The notes under the pieces were generated by a model that was not told the origin of the DNA, did no database searches, and saw only the letters and a program-made list of their open reading frames with translations. Below are positions 49,749-64,000 of a DNA stretch of 64,000 nt, piece by piece; the first letter of the stretch is position 1, and every line of letters begins with the position of its first letter. This DNA is from Amoebidium appalachense. Lineage: Eukaryota; Protista; Ichthyosporea. Location of the stretch: contig CAVNZM010000004.1 in the NCBI GenBank assembly GCA_963693365.1, positions 4,838,564-4,902,563 on the forward strand. The letters are read 5' to 3'. The position numbers were made by a program, and so were the translations under genes.

Positions 49749-50759
49749 ATGAGTCTTTGGTCTTTTTTAGCTGTTACAGCAGTTGCTGTTTCCGTTGGGT
49801 TCATGTCCGTTAACAAAACAACGGATTGGCTGCTTCCCACTATCACGATCAAACCATACACACAGCCCAAATTGCAGTGGCTCCCAAGCGGCCGCGCACT
49901 TTCCTACCGTGTTTTTGGCGCAAGCGATCCAGCCGCAACGGTGGTAATCCACAACCACCCAAGCCCATCAACAAGCATATTCATACACCCCGAGGCAGAC
50001 AAAATCTTACAAGAAGAGAACATCCGTCTTATCGCAATAGACCGGCCTGGAATAGGCTGGTCGTCACCCCACTCCCATCGAACGCTTGAAACATTCGCTC
50101 ACGATGTTCTTCAATTTGCAGAGACACAGAACATAAACACCTTTTCAGTAACCGGCCATTCGTCTGGAACCGCCTATGCTTTGGCAATTGCAGCCATTGG
50201 CACAACAAAAAAGGTTCAGAGAGTGGGCCTCGTGGGTCCTATCGTTCCCTTCCCATATTTTGCAGACACAAACCAAACCATAGATGAAGTTACGGCATCC
50301 ATGCGCCCGGAAAACCAAATGATGTACAAGGTGGGCGACACTGCACCGTGGCTGATTCCATACCTGTTTTATGCCCTAAGCATATTCGGCAACAGCGAAG
50401 CAGGACTGCGAGCTATGGTAAACGATGTTGCAAATCTGGAGGGGGAACGTCCCATTCTCGGCCAGAAAGAGTGGAGCGAGCTGTTCTACGCATCACACGT
50501 CGAGAGTTTTAGGCAAGGGTCGGAAGGAACAGCAGTAGACTCTGTTCTCTGTGGCACACCTTTTGGGTTTTTAATGAAAGATGTAAAGCAAAAAGTCTTA
50601 ATCTGGGTGGGTAAAGAGGACAGGTTCACCCCTCCTAACATAGCGCACCGGTTGGCTGGCTTGTTGCCTAATAAGGCAAGTGTGGCCGAGGTGGAGGGTA
50701 TGGGTCACTATGCAGCCTGGGGGCAGATGTTCCGTGAGATCATGAAAGCCATGAAGTGA
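49749..50759 (+). CDS. Alpha/beta-fold hydrolase with N-terminal hydrophobic signal/anchor (intronless)
   Basis: ATG at 49749. Motifs LPSGRALSYRVFG, RLIAIDRPGIGWS, nucleophile GHSSG, WVGKED and EGMGH give a candidate Ser-Asp-His triad. Confidence 0.92.
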   Translation: MSLWSFLAVTAVAVSVGFMSVNKTTDWLLPTITIKPYTQPKLQWLPSGRALSYRVFGASDPAATVVIHNHPSPSTSIFIHPEADKILQEENIRLIAIDRPGIGWSSPHSHRTLETFAHDVLQFAETQNINTFSVTGHSSGTAYALAIAAIGTTKKVQRVGLVGPIVPFPYFADTNQTIDEVTASMRPENQMMYKVGDTAPWLIPYLFYALSIFGNSEAGLRAMVNDVANLEGERPILGQKEWSELFYASHVESFRQGSEGTAVDSVLCGTPFGFLMKDVKQKVLIWVGKEDRFTPPNIAHRLAGLLPNKASVAEVEGMGHYAAWGQMFREIMKAMK

Positions 50760-51382
50760 TTTTATTGTGTTTGTGTATTTGCATTCCTTTATGATCGGAT
50801 GATGTCCCTTCAAGATTTGGCATCTGCACTGAGGTGATAAGTATACGCCGCATATGTGCAGCAGGCCTTTTTGTTGTAACATTATTGAATATTAGTCCTA
50901 GTTCATGTCCCCGAGTAACTGTTTTTGTAAATATGGTGACGAAATATGGCGCCAAAAACATAAACTGCTTTGCGGACGAAAAATTAGCATAGGTAACAGT
51001 TTGCTCAAAGCACCACATCGACCATCTTCAACAGCACACAAAGAACCGGGGGACGAATTCGAATAAAACCGATCTTGTGCAAACCAGCATTTCTCAATGA
51101 AGTAGAAATGGACAACTATTAGATGAAACTCAAACGGAACTCGTAGAACATACTTGGGCCCTTGCAGGTCCCAAATATGCCATGCTGCACACAGCGTAAA
51201 TGTTTACTTAGGTGTTGGCATAGGGTCAGTCGACCGATTGGCTTACCCATGATGCTATTGGCTCGGTAAAAGGATGGAACAGTGTCGTCAAGTAGCTCAC
51301 ACCTGAGGAGAACGGGAGAATGGCCGGTTGGGGCCATCAAAGTCGAACGGTCGTGGCGTGTGTGTGTGTGTGTGTGTGATGT

Positions 51383-51413
<31 letters not shown>

Positions 51414-51589
51414 GGGGATAATTGCTGCAGAATAAGCTCACTATGGAAAGCAGAGAGCGAATTCGGGATGGGGAGACAGGGGGCTCAGAGAGGCGAGGAT
51501 CTCCAGTGGGCCTAGTGGGCCTGGCCGGGATCTTGGTGGTGGTGGTGGTGGTGGTGGTGGTGGTGTGGGGGGAGGGGAGGGGGCGGGGG

Positions 51590-51910
51590 GAAGATCCGGT
51601 GGGAAGATATGCCACCGTAGCATAGGAGATGGGGGGAAAGGGGGGGGGGGGGGGGGGGGGGAACTTCAAGGGATCCGGTGAGAAGGAGTGCCACCGTAAG
51701 GCGGGGAGGGGGGAGGGGGGGGGGGGAGGGAGCCTCGGAAGGGATCCGGTAGGAGGGAGTGCCATCGTAAGGGGGGCCGGGGGGAGGAGGGGGGGGGGGG
51801 GGGGGGGGAGATCCGGTGGGAGGGAATGCCACCGTAGGCCTACAAGGGGGGGAGGGGAATTCGAAGGGGGAAGGAAGGGGAAAGGGATCTGCGGGAGGGA
51901 GTGCCACTGT
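51590..51910. repeat. Five-unit minisatellite with G-rich spacers
   Basis: GATCCGGTGGGAGGGAGTGCCACCGTA-like core at ~51593, 51672, 51743, 51810 and 51885. Confidence 0.8.
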
Positions 51911-52275
51911 GGGGGGGGAGGGGGGGGGGGGAGAGGGAGGGGGGGGGGGGGGGGGGGGGGGGGGGAGGCGGAGGGCGGCAACAGGCGGCCCAGTTGGGAA
52001 AACGGGGATGGCGTGTGGAGCCTCGGGGGGAGCTAGCGCTCGAGGCTGCTTCTCTTGAAGTTGAACTACAGTAAACCGCTCGAATTTGGGACACTTTTCG
52101 AGTCATCGCTGATCGAGCGCTTATTGGTAGCTATTTTTAGCTTTTTCCTGGAACATTCGAGCATCCCCGGCAAGCCCTGGCACATGGCTACCCGAGTATA
52201 TAAGCGCCGAGGTTCATAAAACACGTTTCCGACGACTTAGACACGTGAATGTAACCTAGGGTATCATTATGCAAA

Positions 52276-52315
<40 letters not shown>

Positions 52316-52372
52316 GAGTGTGTGTGTGTGTGTGCGCGCGCGCGCGTGTGTGATGGTGTGTTTGTGTGTGAT

Positions 52373-52417
<45 letters not shown>

Positions 52418-52478
52418 ACGTGAGTGTGTGCGTTTGTGTGTGTGTGTGCGTGTGTGTGTGACTGTGTGTGTGTGTGTG

Positions 52479-52577
<99 letters not shown>

Positions 52578-52763
52578 GCAATTGAGTGTGGTATACTAAG
52601 GGAGAAGGAACGCTTGGTTTCACAAAAAGTAAACGTGTCTAAAGTGGGAGAACTGACCGAGAAAGCCCAAAAACCACTCTTTATACCGATGAAAAGAAGT
52701 TGCACAACATGTGTCAACTGTCAAAACCGTTTGTCTGGGGCGGGAACTTGAGTGATTGGTAGT

Positions 52764-53398
52764 TGTCGTATCCTAATATATGTGTACTAGAGACGCGGTA
52801 CTCCACTAAGTGTACACACACGAAAAGGAACGAACGTGTACAGAAAACGGTAAAGTTTATTCAGACCAGGCTCCGACGGGCAAACTTAGATCCGAACGGA
52901 ATGAGTCTAAGTTACGACTGAGGCCATCAAGGCCGTGCCCTACAAGATCATCATCACCTGGCCCCCTACGATGCCACATTCCGTACATTCCGATCTAACT
53001 TTATCGTGCGCCTGCACGAGCTAAGTCGATCGGCTCACACTAATATATTTATCTAAGTCTCACCCCTCTCCCTTCCCCTAGTGGCACCGCAGAGTCTAAT
53101 TCTACATTTCATACTATCTCCCTCCCCCCTCCCTCCCCCCCTTTCCTCTGTCATCGAAATATATAAATACGTTTGGCAGCATACACTATCAAAACTTGCC
53201 AATATTTACAAAGGGCTTCTGCCCGAACAATCACATTCCTAAGTCCTCCTACGATCTATCCTACACACTAATTAGAATTCTATTGGTCGGCTGTCCCAGC
53301 TGACGTGGTCCTGCCCTGCGCCGGCAGAGGCAAGATGATGCACGCAGCTGCACAGCTATCTTGAGGCCCCGGACTTGATCTTGATGATCTGTGGACCC

Positions 53399-53436
<38 letters not shown>

Positions 53437-53487
53437 ATCTCGATCGTAGACTTAGGCTAATCTGCTGAGACGGATTAGTATATGTCA
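52764..53487 (-). mobile_element. 3' LTR of Ty3/Gypsy element (~720 bp)
   Basis: On the minus strand a polypurine tract (GGGGGGGGAG) precedes TGACATATACTAAT at 53487. The other end reads TGTCGTATCCTAAT on + at 52764, giving TG...CA termini with an imperfect inverted repeat. Confidence 0.7.
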
Positions 53488-53751
53488 ACTCCCCCCCCGG
53501 CCCCCGGAAAAGCTGAGTCCCACCTCAGTCACATTACATCTAACACCCCCTAAAAAGACATAGACTAATCAGTCTCCTAAAAAAATTAAATTAAATAAAT
53601 TACGAAGAAAAATATAAATTAATCTACACCATAAGCTTGATACCGACGGAGACACCTATGATAATAAATTAAATTCCTACGACTACGTTCACACTCCTCC
53701 TCGGTCTCCTCCCCCCCTCCCCCTCCCCCCGTGTGTCGACGTGTATTTGCA

Positions 53752-55765
53752 TCACTCCCCCCCCCCGGCCCCCTCCCGCACCGACTTTGTCACACCACGA
53801 TTAAACTGAGGAATAACTCTCTTTGGCCTAGAGGGAGCACTAGGCAACTCCCTCTGCACTAATCTAGCCTCATAAGCACGAATAGAAAACGGGCAATCCA
53901 AATGAAACTCAGGCAACCACTGATCTTCCTGATAACCTCCCTCAAAACGAATTAAATAATAATTTACCTTACCTTCCTTACCTTCGATAACCTTTTTATC
54001 CATAATTTTATCTACTGCAGCCTCCGATACATCCACCGACCCGTCATAGTCGGGGGTGAATGCATCTAACACTCGACGGCCCTCCGGCCGTTTAACCCTA
54101 AGGGCCCTATCATAATATTCCTTTATATCATCTACATTATAAAATCTAACATCACTCTCATTATCTAACCTCTGCACCTTATATTCCGTCGGACCTAATC
54201 TAGCCACTATTTTATACGGGCCAATGAAAAGAGGCAACCATTTCTTACCATACTTACGAAGACCTTCACCTTCACCCTTACCTTCCTGCTCCTGCTTATA
54301 TCTCTTTTTCCTAGTATACGTATGATCCCTAATTAAAACATAAGTACCCTCGGCAAATTCACGTAACGGACGTGTGGACACGTCTGCACGTGTCTGTGCC
54401 TGCTGTGTACGGGCCAGAGCTGCATCACGTGCAGCCCGGGCCCGGGTTAGTAGCTGCTCCCGGAACTCAGTCCAGTGGGGATAAGTTAGTCGGTCAGCCC
54501 CCCCCCATCGGCAAAAGTGCCGTATCTAACAAACTAATAGCCTCCTGCCCATAGACCAAATAAAACGGAGAAAAACCAGTCACAGCATGAGGGGTAGAAT
54601 TATATGAATGAGCAATAAACCTAGACATATGATCCCAATCATTAGCCTCCACATCCACCATTTTGCCAAAGGACTTCTGAAACACTGCATGCACAGGTTC
54701 AGAGATGGCATTTGCTTGAGGGTGATATGCAGACGTAGTGATATGGGCTACCCTTAAAATTTTACACACCTCCGACACCAACTGATTTAAAGACACACGA
54801 CTCCTATCCGTTAACAAAACACGGGGACAACCAAACCTAAGACAAATTTCATCCACAAAAATACGAGCAAACAAAACGGCATTAGCAGTGGGGAGAGGAA
54901 AAACTTCAACCCAACGAGTGGCCACATCGGTGACGGTAACAAGAACAGTGTTACCCTCAACCGTAGAATTAAAAGGACCGACCACATCCACGGCTACCCT
55001 TTCAAACATACGAACATTAAAATCCCTAATAAACGACGGGCGGAAACGAGAGTGGGGACTCTCATTCCTTTCCTGACAATGCATGCATGACAACACATAA
55101 TCCCTCACCTCCCTACTCATACCCGGCCAAAAATACGAACGATTAACACGAAGCAACGTCCTATTTACACCTAAGTGACCAGCCATGGGATGCTCATGCA
55201 CCATACATATGCAAAACCTCAGGCACAAGTGCCGTCGGGACCCAAACTCGGTGTCCGTCTGGCCCAGAACAATGATAAACTAAATCCTGCTCTACCTGAC
55301 ACATTTTTGCTAACTTAGCTACCTTAATCATCTGCCTTTTATTTTTGAATTTAATCGAATCAACCGGCCCCTTTAAATAATTCTTAACCAGACCAATCAA
55401 CACATCTTCCTCCTGAGCTAAGATCAAAGCCGTAGGTGCTAAGGCAAGGGCCGAGCCATGAGACTCGGTCCCGACCTCAGACACTGTGGTGGTAGCACGG
55501 GTTCACGGGTCAGAGTAGGGTGCGACCGCAATGTGGACCGGGCAGGTCGGCTCCACCAATCCCGCGGCCCGAATCGCGCCCGCGGCTCCTGGGTCACGGG
55601 GGATACCCGGATACCCCCTCCTGAGCCCCGGCTCGTGGACTGGCTCGAGGGGCACCCTAGACCGCCAATGGGGGGGAGGCGCGCGCGGTGAAACATGGCA
55701 CTGGCCTGCCACCAGAATCCCGAGTGGTGGCCCCGTGGCGGAGGCTGGCTAGCTGGGATGGGTCC
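53752..55765 (-). mobile_element. Ty3/Gypsy chromovirus-type pol remnant: integrase (HHCC, DDE), GPY/F motif and chromodomain; decayed
   Basis: Motifs HEHPMAGHLG...YFWPGM...CMHCQ, RVAVDVVGP, LLTDR, YHPQANAISE, YNSTPH..TGFSPF, FIGPYKI and chromodomain VDKIMDKK...YYLIRFEG...DQWLPEFHL. Lesions: in-frame TGA at 55503, a TATG duplication near 55205 and a homopolymer frameshift near 54500. Confidence 0.92.
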
Positions 55766-56102
55766 CAAAATAGGTAAAACAAAAAGGGAAAAAAAAAATG
55801 ATAAAATATAAGCTAATTTCACTTAGCTGCCGCCCACATTAAGCTTATTTTTCAGAAAAGAGAGCATAGAAGAGCCTCCCGGCCCGAGAGTCTCTCGATC
55901 GGGACCCCCTGGAGCAGCGCGTGACGTCACTTGACCAATAGGCGGCCTCCTCAGAATCAGCTTCTGATAGGCCGGCGCCTGCAATTTGGCGCCACATTGA
56001 GGAACGGGGATTTCGCTCATTTTCCGGAATATCTTTTTGCATCTTCAGCAGGGGTGGGTTTCCTTATATTAGCGACCAGCGTCGCCTTAGTAAGACAAAG
56101 CG

Positions 56103-64000
<7,898 letters not shown>

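Noticed and set aside
51590-51910. CRISPR-like repeat-spacer array
   Set aside because: Repeats are degenerate, spacers are low-complexity G runs, there are no cas genes and the context is eukaryotic.

Overview
Eukaryotic genomic DNA. Short exons sit in introns packed with (CA/TG)n, (GA/TC)n, (TA)n and poly-G/poly-C tracts, so almost all ORFs in the six-frame track are repeat artefacts. I built the gene models by hand from GT-AG sites, intron phase and protein motifs. From left to right the window holds: (1) the 5' part of a minus-strand gene with a PTEN/tensin-type phosphatase-like domain (degenerate active site) plus C2 domain; (2) a minus-strand Ser/Thr kinase; (3) a ~2.9 kb element bounded by terminal inverted repeats (TIRs) with a transposase-like remnant; (4) an intronless carnosine-synthase-like ATP-grasp ligase; (5) three F-box/LRR paralogs, two forming a ~12.7 kb head-to-head inverted duplication; (6) a short GKAP/DLGAP-domain gene; (7) an intronless alpha/beta hydrolase; (8) the 3' half and LTR of a chromodomain-bearing Ty3/Gypsy element; and (9) abutting it, an intron-rich (>=13 exons) Crypton-type tyrosine recombinase (NDC10-II-like) that runs off the window end. 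A short G-tract-flanked repeat family recurs in several genes in one orientation. Several introns begin with GT-repeats and end in CA-repeats directly at the acceptor AG. The GKAP gene suggests a holozoan or related opisthokont, but that is inference only. Single-base homopolymer frameshifts may be long-read errors.
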